DNA of 64,000 nucleotides, taken from assembly GCA_964247055.1 (NCBI GenBank), contig OZ176054.1, positions 11,718,001 to 11,782,000 on the forward strand. Reading direction: 5' to 3'. This document shows, piece by piece, positions 23,901-40,617 of the stretch (positions are counted from its first letter, which is position 1; every line of letters begins with the position of its first letter). A program made the translations under genes and the position numbers. Below the pieces are notes generated by a model that was not told the DNA's origin, did no database searches, and saw only the letters and a list, made by a program, of their open reading frames with translations. The stretch comes from Paragordius varius. Its lineage: Eukaryota > Animalia > Nematomorpha.

Positions 23901-26077
23901 TTAAAAATCAGTCTCTTCGCCCTGAGAAGTTGCACTTGTTAGGGGTAAGGTATCTCCATAATCCAAACTTTCAATATTTCCATTTTGTTCCATCATCAAT
24001 GGAACCGATGGCAAAGATAAATTGTGTAATGCTGCCGTCGTTTTATTTTTCTTGTGTTTTTTCTTATGTTTTTTCTTACGTGGTGTAACCGAGGTTTCAT
24101 CAGCTTCTAATGTAAAAGTTTGATTATTTAATAAACCATTAACATTATTTCCATTTCCATATCCATTTTCTATGGGCTGGTCAATATTTAGGATAGAGGA
24201 CTCAATAATTTCACCATTTTGAGTTTGATTATTATTATACACACCATTCTTTTTCGGTGTCGTTCTTATAAATTTAAACGCTTTCCTTTTATTTGAGGTG
24301 GTATCAAATTCTGACTCTGAAGTTATAACTGCCATAGGTGAAGTGGGTGGAGAGAAAAAATATTCTTTTTCTCTAGCGGCAAAACCGCTAATACTTTTTT
24401 CTTTTATCAGGTGTTCCGAAAAAACTTCATCATTTGCGCTGAAAGTTAATCTTTTTACAGCGTCGTGTTTAGGACTCGGTATTATTCCATTATTTTTAGA
24501 TTGTTGTTTTTTAAATGGGCTACTGGTCATGACATTTTTTGCCTTGCTTGGAGACAAAAAATCAGTAGATCCATTTTTATTTTCTATAGCAGTCTGAGAT
24601 TGTAAGTTAAAATCAAGAGTTTCATAAATGTTATTATTAGTTTGTTCTCCATTTTCATCACTAGCACTTAAGGTTATATTTTCGCCATCCTTAATCAGCG
24701 TATTGTTTTGAACTAGGATAATACGTATAATTTTAGGCCATGGCACATGGTCACATACCCATTTTTCAGCACGTTGCAGTTTAACATTACCGTAATGGAA
24801 TGAATCAGTCCTCCTGCTCGCTTCATCTTCTGTAGTAGGCAACAAATCGGGTGGTAAAAGCGTATTGAATGCCCCTCTATTAATGACTTTAAATTTGGTA
24901 TTTTTGAATCTGTAAAAATTTATAAAAAAACATTATGAGTAAACACCAATAAATAATACATGGGTCGATATAGGCATCATAGCCCTTTTAAGAAAATTTA
25001 AAATTGAAAAAAAATGATTGATATTTACAAAATCTAGGTAAATTTGATATTTGTCAAAAAAAATTGGACATGAAGGAGTGTTTAAATATTTGAGTTTGTA
25101 TTTTTTTTGACAATCTTATGTTTGAAAGCTGATAAACTATTTCTAATGCCCATATATTTTTCAAATGCGACCCTTAAACATGTGAATCGAACACCCCTGT
25201 CTTAAAGGAAAAGAAAGTGCAGGATTGATCGGTATGAGCTTATAAGTTTATAAACATTGTTTTTTATCAAAAAATTCATTAATAACAAGATATTATAATA
25301 TACTAACTAACTCACATTTTTTTAAGTACGGTAGCTTGTTCAGGGAAAAATTTCATTTTCCTACAGATGCGGAACCAATCGATTTCAGATTCTTTGGCGT
25401 ATGACTTTCGTGTTTTTCGTAACACGGTTAACAATCTAACTCTAATTTCGTATTTCATTGCGATTAGGTCTTTGCGATCATTCACAATTTGTAAAATGTT
25501 TTTTAACAAAAGCACATTTTGTGAATTTGCCATTGCATGTTCTCCTTGGCTACTGATGTCTTGAGAATTTTCAATGGGTACCTCCTCAAAAAGTTGTTTA
25601 ACAGGAGATGAAAATTGTTGAAAATTGTTACATGATTTTAGAGGAGAGGTAAATGTATCATTCAAACCTGATTTTTCCGTTTGTTGAATGTCCTTTAACT
25701 GGAGTTGAGGTAAAACTCGAGAAAACCTAATAAAGAAGAGAGAAAAACGGTTATAATGGCTAAAATGATGATATTTATATATAAGAGTCGTGATTTTAAA
25801 CGTTTACAAAAAATAGTTTTCAGTTAAAAACAATCATTTATATAAATTAAATGGTTTCATAATTATAATTTGTGATTTTGATTTTTTTATGATTATCATA
25901 AATAAGATATAATCTAAACCGTTAAAGTTTAATTTTCACATATAATTGTTGATAATATTTATGATCGCTTCCCTTTAAAAAGGGACAGAAACTAGTTGTT
26001 TTTTTTTATTAAAACCCATTCTTAGTCAAAAAATATTTCCATTTTAATGTCAAAATTTATAATCTATGCATATATAT

Positions 26078-26115
<38 letters not shown>

Positions 26116-29100
26116 ACCAAGTCTCGCGACAGTATTGAGCACTTTTAGTGACAATCAACTGAGAAATTTGTTTCCATGGTATGTAGCTTTGAGATTTTCC
26201 CAGTATAGTTTTAATCATTTGGGAATTTATTTCACATTCTTCTGACGAGGGGGATTCTTTTCCGTTTAATTGTTGTTTAATAGTTTGGTGGATTCGATTT
26301 ATTTCAGGACTATAGCACAAAAAAAGAATATTATAAATTTTTGACATGTATTTAATTTTAAGTCCTTTGTAGAAAACTTTGATTTACTAATTTTGCGATA
26401 GCGCAGGATATTAATGTTTTAATAAAGAGATAAGTCATATTTTTGGTTATATAAATATTATAGGCGGCCATATTCAAACATAGCAACTGACACACTAATC
26501 AAGTACCCCTTTTTAGCCATTTAAAACACATATACATATGGCCATTAATAGATTTTGTTATTATATATGATTCGGTTGAAGATAAAAAAGTGCAGATGTT
26601 TTATCGTTTTTTCTTACTTTACACAATAATTAATCAAACTAAATAAGATTATAAAGAAATTTAGTGGATTGACATAAACTTTTTTGCCATCAAAATCAAA
26701 AATTAGACTGTTTGTTTCTAAAGCCTTTTTTCAAAAAAAAGGCTTATGCTATGACAAGTTTTATACAGCTCTAAAAGGATTTTAAACTAAAAACAATTTA
26801 AACCTAATCTATTTGAAAGTATACATGCTAGAAAATTTGAAAAATTTGATAAGAACGCAAAGATGATTATTTTTATATAAAAGACTTAAATTAATGCAAA
26901 ACTAAAAATTTTATTAATCTAAAATAAATTTATGGCCACATGAAATCAATTGTTTATAAAACTTTGTTTCATATTAAAATATGATATTTGGATTAGAAAG
27001 GTGTTAAAGACAGCCAGATGATGGAAAGTTGATTGGTAATTCCTTTTATTCCAAAAAGTTTAACTCGTAAGGAATGATAATTCTAATATTTTCCGTAAAT
27101 AAAACCGCATTTTACCAATTAAAGTGATAAAATCTTTAAACTACATCATTTCACAATTTTTTAAGTAAAATTATTTAATTAAATTAATATTACTTTGACG
27201 AATTTTGAGATATATCATCAGTTTCTTCATTGTCAGGATTATAGTTTGGGTTTTCTGTTTTCAAGTTTTGAAGTGTAAAATTTTCATCCGTTAAATAGAG
27301 GTATATTGAGCGAAAAAGCATTTCCAATTCGGCGATATTCCATTTTTGAGTGGCTAAAATTTTTGTTAAATATAAGGAAACGTATTGTATAAGATTACAT
27401 TTTGAGGGTAAATTTCAGCTCGTTATCATTAAAAATATTTTATTTAGCGGTATTTCGATAAATGATGTGTATATTAATGATATTTTAACACTTTATTGCC
27501 TTTTAAGCAGTAATCTCCTGCCTATAAGAATTTAAATGTCAACTCAAAAAGTATTTAAAACTGTCGCTCAAATTCAAATACATGTATTGTTCCCTTTTGG
27601 GCGTATTTTACAATAAAATTTTAACTTTATTTAAATTATTGTAAAAACTTTCAAAATTATATAAAAAACGTCTTAATTCATTAAATTAACTCAATTATTT
27701 TCAACAAAGAATATTACAAATTAATTTCGCAAACAAAATACCCTAGCATATTTGATGGCAACAACATGGGATTTTGCCATTTTTAATGTTGTTCAGATAG
27801 GTACGTATTTTGCATTATAAGTGCATAAATTAATAAATTTCTTTTAACTGATAAAAAACGAACAGTATTTTAATTTATTTATAAATATAAATAACCTCTA
27901 TAATATAAGAATATCATATCACATTTTAAATTGGGTTAAAATCATAGTAAAAAATATTGGGTGGAATTAATAAAAAAGAAAACCCTTAAGTGTTTCCTAT
28001 GCTAACTTTTTCAAAGAACTTTTAATTTAAATAAAAAACACATCTGATTTACCCTTGAGTTTCCTTAAACATAAAACATGCCTAAAACTGATATAACTAT
28101 ACCTAAGAAAAAATTAATAGCACTTCTAGTAAAGTAAATCTAATAATATTTAATATATATCTTAGATATCCCATACTTTTAAATAAATTTATGATACCAC
28201 ATGTTTTATTTCAAAAAAAGAAGCATATAAAAATTTACAAAAAAAACTTTTCATGGAAACAAATGGTGTTTATGAAATTGATATTAGATTAGAAAGATGA
28301 TCTATAACAAACCGCATTTAAAAAAATATAATTTAAATATTACTACTGGATACGTTATTATAAAATATCGCAAATTTCGTAGGACAATTGAATCCACATT
28401 TGATTATATATATATACAAATTTTTATCTGACAATATCACATATGATATTAATTGACTTAAAATTTATGTGTGTTGCATAACATAATAAGATTTGTGAAT
28501 TGTTAAAAAAATTAAATATATATACGAATTTGCAAATGACCGGCCTTATACATAATAATTAAAATAAAAAAATGCAAAAATTGTTTTATGAGTTTAATAG
28601 TTTATAAAAATTTATTTTCAATCATCGAGCGTAAAATTTTATTTCGCCTTTTTACTCATAATCTTTTAGATCTTGAATTTACTTTTTGAGTATAGGCAAA
28701 CACTGATCTTTATCGGATGAATCGGTCTTAAAATTAAATAGTTAATTACAATGCTTGGATATGTTTTGTGTAAAATAGGGCAAGATAATATCACTTTGGT
28801 TATTAATTTTAAAAGAGCCATTCGAATTTTATTACCCCAAGTATGAGAAATTATCTTTTATTTCTTAATTTGGTCAAATATGCGTTCAATAACGCACTTA
28901 CCTTTTGTGTGTGAATTATATTAAATTTCTTTTTATATATACTAGTTGGATATGTGATGTTAAAAACCAGGGGGATATAGCTAAGCCGCTAAAGTTTTTG
29001 AGTAAACTTTTCAAGACTACTTCTAAATATCCTCCTGTCATGCATACTTCCGGACGACTTAGTTGAAATTCACCCTTGAACAGTATAAATTCACCCTTAA

Positions 29101-31569
29101 AAAATTTAAATTCACCTTTGAACAATTCAAATTCACCCTAAAAATAAATAATGTGTTTTCAAACTAATATAACTCATTATTAATATGAAATATATCTTTA
29201 TGGTAGGTATAGTTTATTATTTTTTCAGTATTATTTTAATTTAAAATAAAATTTTTATTTTTGTAAAAAATATATAAAATATAGGTAATTTTTAATCTTG
29301 AAAAACATGTATTTTATTTGTGGGTGAATTTGAATTGTTCAAGGGTGAATTTGAATTGTTCGAGGGTGAATTTGAATTGTTCGAGGGTGAATTAGAATTG
29401 TTTAAGGGTGAAATTGAATTGTTCAAGGGTGAATTAAATCATTTAAGGGTGAAATTGAATTGTAAATGGTATATAAAAGTGTGAATGCAGTCAATGGCTC
29501 CCACTATTCCAGGCATCTTATTTCGCTTTTGCCATAAGCTTTTTGGTTGAGAAATTTCGTGCATATTGCACTAGGAAATTTGATCTATTTATGTGTGTCA
29601 CAATTATATTGGGGATACTTTATCAATATAATTTTGTAAACAGTTGTACAGTGCATCCCAAAAACTAACCCAATATTAATTTGATGCCCTTTTTTATAAC
29701 TTTTTTTTATAATTTTTGTCTCGGATTTAAAGCTTCTTCACTTCTCTACTTCATCGGAATCAGGAAAGTATTTTGTCATAAAGTTTATTGTTTGATTATT
29801 AAATGGTAGAATTTGTATCAAAAGCGATATAAGATGCCTGGAATAGTTGGAGCCATAGACTGTACTCACTACTTTTATATAAAAACCACCAAAAAGACAG
29901 ACAATTTAATGAGGAGTATATTAATAGAAAACAAAGGTATTCAATAAACGTCCAGGTAACCTGCGATGCCAATGAATATATTACTAAAGTCGCCCGGAAG
30001 TATGCATGACAGCAGGATATTCAGACGCAGTAGTCTTTAAAAGTTTATCCAAAAACTTTAAAGCGAATGCATCTTTTCTTGCAGATAGCGAGCTTATGGA
30101 TTCTCTTGCCTGTTTTATATGTTTTTTTGTTTCTTATCAAAGATCAAAGAGCAAACGAAATTAAATAATTTTTAAATTTCTACACTCCGCAGTCCAAATA
30201 TACTAGAAAAATTTAAAATATTAAACATAAAATAATTTCAAAACCGTATTAGCTCTAACTGCCTTGTTAGATCATCCTCTCCTATCAAATGCAATAAAAC
30301 TTACATATATTTTAGGATGGTCTTTAGCATCCCATGTAGGGTTTCCTTGAATAAATTTTTTCATTCACATTAAAACAGGTGTTTCATTTATAAACTTATG
30401 TTATTTTTTAAATATTATCTTATTTTTTATTCACTCCAAATTAAGGCTAATCTTAATTCACTCCACCCATTATTTGATCGATTGAAAGCTAAATTTTTAA
30501 CTTAAAATTTAACTTGTTTCAAATTAGTCAATTACTTAAAAGAAAATAAAAAATAAAGTTTGAATGTTAAGGATTACTTTACTTTATAAACTTATTTGAG
30601 AATAATTTTTCATGTTTTATCCAAAATTAAAACCCATTTTACTTTTATGACTAGTCAAACGTCAAAAAATAAAAAATACGGTATTAATATAATGATATTA
30701 TGGTATACTTTAATGCTATTTTACACGATCAAATATATGTCTCATGTTTGCGTAGTCAAATTTTTGCTTTTAAAACCCCAAAAGGTAATAATAAATAAAA
30801 AGGTTAATTGATGTTGTGAGATAGATACTTTTGTCGTATTTTAATAATCAAATAATTTTCTCCGTCTTTTACGTATTCAAAGCGAAATTACTTTTTAAAC
30901 TAACTCCCATAAAGTAACAAAAAATAAAGTGTGTTTAATTATGTTATGAGATGAATACTTTTTGAGGTATTTTGAACGCGTTCAAATAATTTTCTCATAG
31001 AATCCGGTTTTCGATCCAGTTCCGCACCTATGATTGACCATCGGGGTCCATGTTCATTATAAAGCTGCCGCAGACGAGATACATCAGATGGAGTTACTGA
31101 ACCCTTTTTCCGACTCCCATCAAGGATGCATCGTTTAGCATGGCAATAAACATTGAAAACACAGCGTTGAATACCGTTTGCTTAATTATATTTATTAAGA
31201 GATAAAAATACCTATACGATAATATAATTTGGTCATTCGAATAAATCTCTTCACTTCAGTGGCACACTTCCATTTTATGGGATTAAAGATTATATCCTCA
31301 TTGCCTACAACTTGGGGATAATCGGAACAAAATTTTTCCCAATTAAGCAGGATCAAATTATCCTCGTCCCTAGTCCATCTACCCGTGTTCATTGGTAAAT
31401 CTAATTACATATATAAAAAAATAATCAACCAGTAGCCGTATTTTTATATGGGTATATAGACAGTAGATCAGTATCAATACATTGTTCATACTCTATAAAA
31501 TATATTATATCAAAGTGCAATACCATTGTTTTGTAAATAAAATAGGAATTCGTCGTTACTTGTAATCAT
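23901..31569 (-). CDS. TTF1: TTF1/DMTF1-type Myb-repeat protein (RNA Pol I termination factor-like); exons (31569-31524 tentative), 31400-31212, 31180-30959, 27353-27194, 26309-26118, 25726-25316, last exon ~24909-23901
   Basis: Successive Myb-like segments GRWTRDEDNLI, LYNEHGPRWSIIGAELDR, QKWNIAELEML, IPWKQISQLIVTKSAQYCRETW, ESEIDWFRI; Lys-rich NLS-like tail KKKHKKKHKK. The junction into the last exon is unresolved and the first exon is tentative. Confidence 0.75.
26068..26115. repeat. (TA)n microsatellite beside a splice donor; similar tracts near 497-527, 3759-3794, 7267-7295, 11999-12023, 14579-14627, 21139-21166, 61139-61155
   Basis: Directly visible dinucleotide runs. Confidence 0.95.
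28740..30100. mobile_element. PIF/Harbinger DDE nuclease (HARBI1-like) relic, two inverted partial copies
   Basis: Plus copy: MPGIVGAIDCTH, YINRKQRYSINVQVTCDA, PGSMHDSRIF. The minus copy carries the same segments plus a degenerate C-terminal part; disrupted. Confidence 0.85.
29063..29471. mobile_element. Family-A foldback MITE with seven right-arm 21-bp units; left terminus deleted
   Basis: GGGTGAA recurs at about 21-nt period from 29322 to 29447; ends GTAAATGGTA-TA. Confidence 0.9.
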
Positions 31570-32544
31570 AATATAATAAAGGAGTGCTTTTGAATTACAT
31601 AGAAATGTTACAATATGTTATTTAGTGCAGCGTGCGTAATCAGAAAATATTAAATGCAAAATTTATATGCGATAGAATAAATAATAAAATTGGTCTATTA
31701 TTATTTGAAAATTTATCATTATGTAATTGTACTTTTTACATACAATAGTTCTTATGAATGTATATTCACCTGTGCATTATTTGGCAGGCGATCACACCTT
31801 TAATTGTGTTAAAGCGCATATTAACTTGTGGATAAATCATTGTTTTCAAAGTGCTTTGTAAATTAATTACCATTATTTGTTTCTCTTGTATCAAATAAAA
31901 AAGCTTTTATCCTTTAATTTTTAGGTTTTAGACGAATTGGGATAGATTCGAAACCCCACCGAAACAAACCGTTTATTTTAATTATTAAATTAAGTAGCTG
32001 GTAGAATACAACCTGTTTCTAAAGTATATTGGTTTAACCATATTATGCATTGCCTATTGTTGGTTTATACAAAAATGGCAGATAAGATGATGGTTTACGA
32101 TTTTATCTAAAATTCAATAGTGTCCCTAACAATCTAAAGAAAAATACTAAAATTTAGCCCAACACTTTAATTATATTTATGATATTTAAAATTTAAACTG
32201 CTCTTGGATATAAAATTACCTCCAGAGGTAATGTAATTGATAAATAAAAAGTTAGCTGTAACACCAAATTAACAAATGAATGTTTTAGGACTAATTTTAT
32301 AATTATAAAATTAATCGTATTCAATTTATCATAAAAGTTAATTGTTCTAGCATCCCTAAACCACCTAAATTAAGTCACTCTAGTTTATACCTAAACTTTT
32401 AATTTGATAGAAATTTTCTCTCATTTGATATATATCCTGAGTTTTAAGCACTATTACTTTCTTTTGACTAATAAAATGTAAATTACACAGTCAACTTAAA
32501 TAATTTTATAATCCAAGATAATAAGTTAGCACAATATATTCTTG

Positions 32545-33880
32545 TATAGATAGATAGATAGCTGTTGTCAAGGGGTCTCTTGGCATCCCGTCGTAATGAG
32601 GTTTAGGTGTTTGATCATTGCATTGAAGGTAACCAGTCCCCGGCTTTTATGTTTTTGGCCTGTAGGTCTTGGGTAATGTTTTTGGCCCATATTATTGCTG
32701 GACGACCAACTCTGTTTTGTTTGTTTGGCTTATGGTTTGTTATATTTTTAATCCGATTATCGTTATCTAATCTTTGAATGTGACCGTAGTAGCCAAGTCT
32801 ACGGATTTGAATATATTTTGAGATTAGTAGGATTTGATTATCCTGAGAGATTGTTCGCTTAAATGTATTTATCATTCTTTGTTCCATATTATCCAGCATA
32901 TTTTCCCGTGTTTTACTTATTTGCCATGTTTCATAAGCATAAGTTATAGTAGGCCTAACGCCAATCTGGTATATTTTGTTTTTTGTTTTTGAAGATATAT
33001 GTTTGTTGGTGAATATGTGTTTATATTGGTTGTATCTACCCCAACCAATTCTTATGCGATTTTTGATGGTTTCAGGTGAACCTCCTTGAGCGGAAATGGT
33101 ATCAACAAGGTAGGTAAACTTTTCTACTTTTTGAATTTCGCTGTCACCTATTCTAAGGTAGGATTCAGCTTCTATGGGTGGAATTTATTGTTTGGATAGA
33201 GTACATGGGGGGCATATGTAATTATTATATTTCAAATTCCATTTAATCCTAAACATAGTTTGTGTAACCAGTATTGACACTTGGTGCATTGGATGGAGTT
33301 TAGTCCCACATTTTTTAAGCATGCGCGGCATGGGTATTTGATTTGATCAGTCTCTTTGTCGCCTGTTATCATAACCTTAGTTTTTTGAATGTTGATTGTG
33401 AGACCATGTCGATCAAGGCAGGTTTTCCAAAGTTTGAACTTTTGACTGAGTTCGTTTAGATTTTCTGACGTTAACAATAGCATCAGCGTAGATGATCTCC
33501 CAAGGAAGACCAGTACGGATCTCATCACTGATGGTAACTATTATTATAGTGAATTGTAGGGGGCTGAGAACAGAATTTTAATGTAGTCCTGTTGTGATGT
33601 GGAATGGAATTGTGTACCCTAAAAGTGTGATAACACAAGTTTTACTGCTATCATATAATAACTTTATTGCATCTATGATCAATTTGTTTACTCCTTTTTT
33701 TGAAGACACCAGAAAATAAGCGTTCAAGGGATTTTATCGAACGCTTTCTCCATGTCAATAAATAGATAGTATAATTGCTTTAGAAAGATAGTTTACTTGG
33801 AGGCGCCTTAATATAAATATGGGATCAGTTGTGCTGCATCCTTGACGGAAGGCAAACTGCATGTTGTCAATATTAACTAT
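32545..33880 (-). mobile_element. 5'-truncated RTE-clade LINE relic
   Basis: MQFAFRQGCSTTDPIFILRR, degenerate YADD (IIYADA), KTKVM, Cys-rich CRAC..SIQCTKCQYWLHKLC, RLGYYGHIQR and GRP motifs; (CTAT)n 3' tail at about 32547-32560. Confidence 0.88.
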
Positions 33881-34106
33881 GTATCTTATTTTCTAAGCTA
33901 AGATTATTCAAAAACTTTCATTTTGAATTACTTACCAAGAAATATATCAAGCTAAAACTTAAAAGCGACACAAGATATTTTCAACATTCTTGCACGCAAA
34001 AAATTAAAAAGTATATCGCAAATATATTCGATAACCATAAATAAATCATAGATTTATTGATTAGAATATAATTAATTTAAAAATATATATTCTATTTAAA
34101 ATATTA

Positions 34107-37088
<2,982 letters not shown>

Positions 37089-38193
37089 TACTTAATACAA
37101 ATGACAATTTTTTAATTATTGTGGGTTTAAATTTATATGAGCGACTTTTTCACTATTAATAATCTAAATAATTGAATATAATAAAATGCAAAAAGCAGTT
37201 GGTTATATAGTTTGCCTAAAAATTAAAAATATAAATAAAAATACAGAGTATTGTGCGGAGTGCACAAAATTGCACGAAAATCTCCTGATAAAATAACCAG
37301 AGGGGACACAAATATTGTGAAATATATTTTCAATAGATATTTAAAATTCTATAGATCGCTTTAATTTTTTTTTAATGATATAAATTATTACTACTTGGTA
37401 ACTGTCCCATATCAGAAATAGGAAAATTTGCGCACATTTTGCTAGGTAAATTTTTTTTTGCAGCTCATTTCTAAAAGATATTATTATAATATATATTTTA
37501 TGTATTTTTAAAAAAATATTTTTGATGTTATCACCAAAAGTCTCAAATTTTACCCCTCTGAAATGGCCTAGTTTTCCTGTGAAGCACAATGCCGACATTT
37601 CCGATAAGAACTAGTGTATGATAGATTATGGCATCAAAATGGAAATTTTTTTGAAAAATGCGTACATTACTATATTAAATTTCAGCAAAATTTTGTGGAA
37701 ACGTAGTTTTAAACATAATAATAAGACATATTTATATTTCTTTTAAGTTTCATAATGACAATTCTATCACCCCTTTTAAAATGGGTAAGATTTTGACAAA
37801 CCATTTAAAATTTAAATCAAATTTTAGAGAAAACTACTTTACAAATCATAATTCTGAGACGGGTATGTTTCGCAATCTTACGAGTGAAGGGACGAGTGTG
37901 ACGAAAGGAGAGAGGAAGACGAGGGAAGAAAAGGACATAAGATATATCGAAAAATCTTTTCAAAATAAACTTTTCCACTATGCTTAGAAATACGATGAAA
38001 TACCCTTCAACAAAATCTCGCCGAATTGATTTTCAAGAAAGGTTCCAGTTCTAGAAAATTTTCTCTTTTGATATCTAAACTAGCACAGCGATACTTAAAC
38101 CGCGGCTCTAAAATGCATTTTTATGGCCCTAAAGTTTTTTTTGATTTTTAAAAATTGAGTGTCATCAAAATTATTTAATTTTTAAGCATTTAA

Positions 38194-38760
38194 CACTTCG
38201 ATTCAATTTGGGATATCTAAATTTCCCAGACTATATTAAAGTTAAAATTTTAAAAAAACTACTGAAGAAAACGGTTCTAATGTAAATTTATGCTCCTATC
38301 CTAATAAAAATTATATAAATATGCTATATCTTAATAAAATTTGATTTAAAAAAAGTTCCATGTCAACTACTTCGATTTTTATTTTACAAATTTTTGCGAA
38401 ATATCGTCTTCATTTAATTTTAAGGGTAAAATTGAAGCTAATTTTTTATTTAAATTACATCTAACATTGATAGAAATAAAAAAACGGGTTTATTTTGTAT
38501 TATTTTTCAATTTTACCTTTGCACACATGTCATGTTGACTAAATACTTACCTGTCAATTTTAGGTTAAAATAAGTAATATAAATTTTTGAATAAAATTTT
38601 TTATATATTTCGGTTTATTAAAGTTATATAAGTACAAAGTTTTGCTATGGCTTCGATCCCTTCCATATTTTCTTAAAGAATTTAATTTTAAACAGGCCTG
38701 AGGTATTTAACTACCCCAATTTGAATCGAAGGACTAAAATGAATGTGTTGTATCCAACTG
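38194..38760. mobile_element. piggyBac-like non-autonomous element
   Basis: TTAA on both sides; internal inverted CTTCGATTCAA(A/T)TTGGG / CCCCAATTTGAATCGAAG; homologous to 54441-55012. Confidence 0.78.
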
Positions 38761-38899
38761 TTAAACTCGTAATTTATTTTAGAAATCGAAATAGTCGTGT
38801 AAATTATAAAAAAATGTCTAATGTTTTGTGAAATATTTTTTTATAAAATTCAGGGAACTGCAGTGCTGTTACACAGTCAACAATACAACTCACAAACAT

Positions 38900-39250
38900 A
38901 GGTTTATAAGAAAAGAAGGCATTTTAAAATTACTGAAATAATGCTAGATTAATGTGCAATGCCACGAGGAAAGACAATGTGTGGGTTTACATTAGAGGAA
39001 GGAAAGATATCAAACCGATCGACATAAAAGATTAGGTTAAAGTCGTCATAGGTGGTTTGGATATGTAGAAAGAAGAGATGGTAACTGAATTCGTATAAAA
39101 AGATTGATGAATATATTGTGAAATGGAGGGAGGGCGTTCTAAAACGCGATTAATAGCTATACGGTTAAAAGGCACATTGCAAAACTGAACTTGCAACGCG
39201 AGGACGCCATAGAAAGGGTTTTATGGCGAAATAGTTTAAGGATATACTGC
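38900..39250 (+). mobile_element. RTE LINE 3'-end fragment
   Basis: Degenerate MCNATRKD, RWFGYVERRD, GGRSKTR and EDAIERVLWR segments. Confidence 0.75.
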
Positions 39251-40617
39251 TCGAAAGAGTGATATTGTAAATTTAATTATTTATATAATCCGCAAAAGAA
39301 ACTGTCCTATAGCCAAATCCCTTGCCTTACTTATTATGATACGCGTTTCTCAAGATGACTTACGAGTTGCGTAGCGACTTGCTTATAACAATTCGTATAA
39401 AATTCTTATTATTCATTTAATTAGCATGACATGTTGTTACTTTAAAAAAATGTGCCATTGGCTTTTTGGACATATTAAATATCAACCAATGATTAATCCT
39501 TTTGCCCACTGAGATTAATCACTTGGAGCAAATCTAAATATCGACCATTTAGAGGCCATATCACATTATCCTAATAAGCGAAAAATTGTAAAATACTATG
39601 ACTAGTCTTAAAATTTTAGCGGTTTTAATGGTTCCCTTTCGAATTGCTATCACCCCATTAATATTTAACAAGTTGTCACATTAAAATGCTGTGTGCAATT
39701 TTTTTTTACTATAAAACATTTTACAAAATTAAGTAACTGAGTTTAATAAACCTATAGTTATTAAAGCGCAATTATGCTGAGATTGGTTTGTGGCATGCAT
39801 ATATAAAATTAAAATAATATCTAAAGTTAATTAAAATATTCACAAAGTTAAGCATATTATAGTTGCCGTCGTAAAATATATTTATGTAGAAAATCACATG
39901 TGTATAATTATATATCTTTTATCAAGCTTTTATTTTTAAGGCCAGGTAAAGTTAAAATGAATATAAATTTAATTGTAATAGATGATTTACAGGGATATTA
40001 CTTTAAAATAGAGACCACTAGGCTTAAATAGAATCCTTCGTTTCGAAAGATGTTATTCTGCTAAGTATATATCGGTTTTAGGTTTGATTTTGATATTATT
40101 TAAAATTTAGCTGGTGTGAAATTTAACCCAAACAAACTGTGGCATTCCTTTTTTTTCAAAAGATAAAATTTCAGGAAAAAAAATTATCATGAAAAAAAAA
40201 ATAATTACAACTTGATAAAATAATGCAGAAAAAAATTGATTTTCACCTTTTTAACATTACCCATATTGTTTTTTTTTCCAAATTTATTAGCACTTAAGGA
40301 ATATCGTTTTTACCATGTATAAAGGATATAAAAGTTAGATGATCAAAATATAGCTAAAAAAATTTAAATAAAGAAAAATCAAAAACTACTTAATTTTTTT
40401 TAATAGTACCTAAATGATTATTATTTTAAATGATTCTGAGGGGAGATTATTGTCAAGATATTGGATACCGATAACCATAGAATAAAAAATTATATAGAAT
40501 TGTAAATTTTTATTTTGGTTTAATTAAAAAAAATTTTTAAGTTTGACTCCAAACATATGCAAAAAGTTATTAAAGAAGTTTCAGATTGAAAATTGATATA
40601 CTGTTATTATATTTTAA

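Noticed and set aside
24298-24597. Plus-strand ORFs over the TTF1-like exons (also 23894, 25367)
   Set aside because: Antisense shadows of real coding exons with no independent signals.
28916-29125. Periodic peptides MFKGEFKFFKGEF and CSRVNLNCLRVNLN (10003-10197)
   Set aside because: They are translations of the 21-bp MITE units.
29322-29460. Regular 21-bp repeats that could be taken for a CRISPR array
   Set aside because: Head-to-tail units without spacers, inside MITE arms, eukaryotic context, no cas genes.
31940-31975. GATTCGAAACCCC T-loop-like motif
   Set aside because: No cloverleaf, D-arm or acceptor stem.
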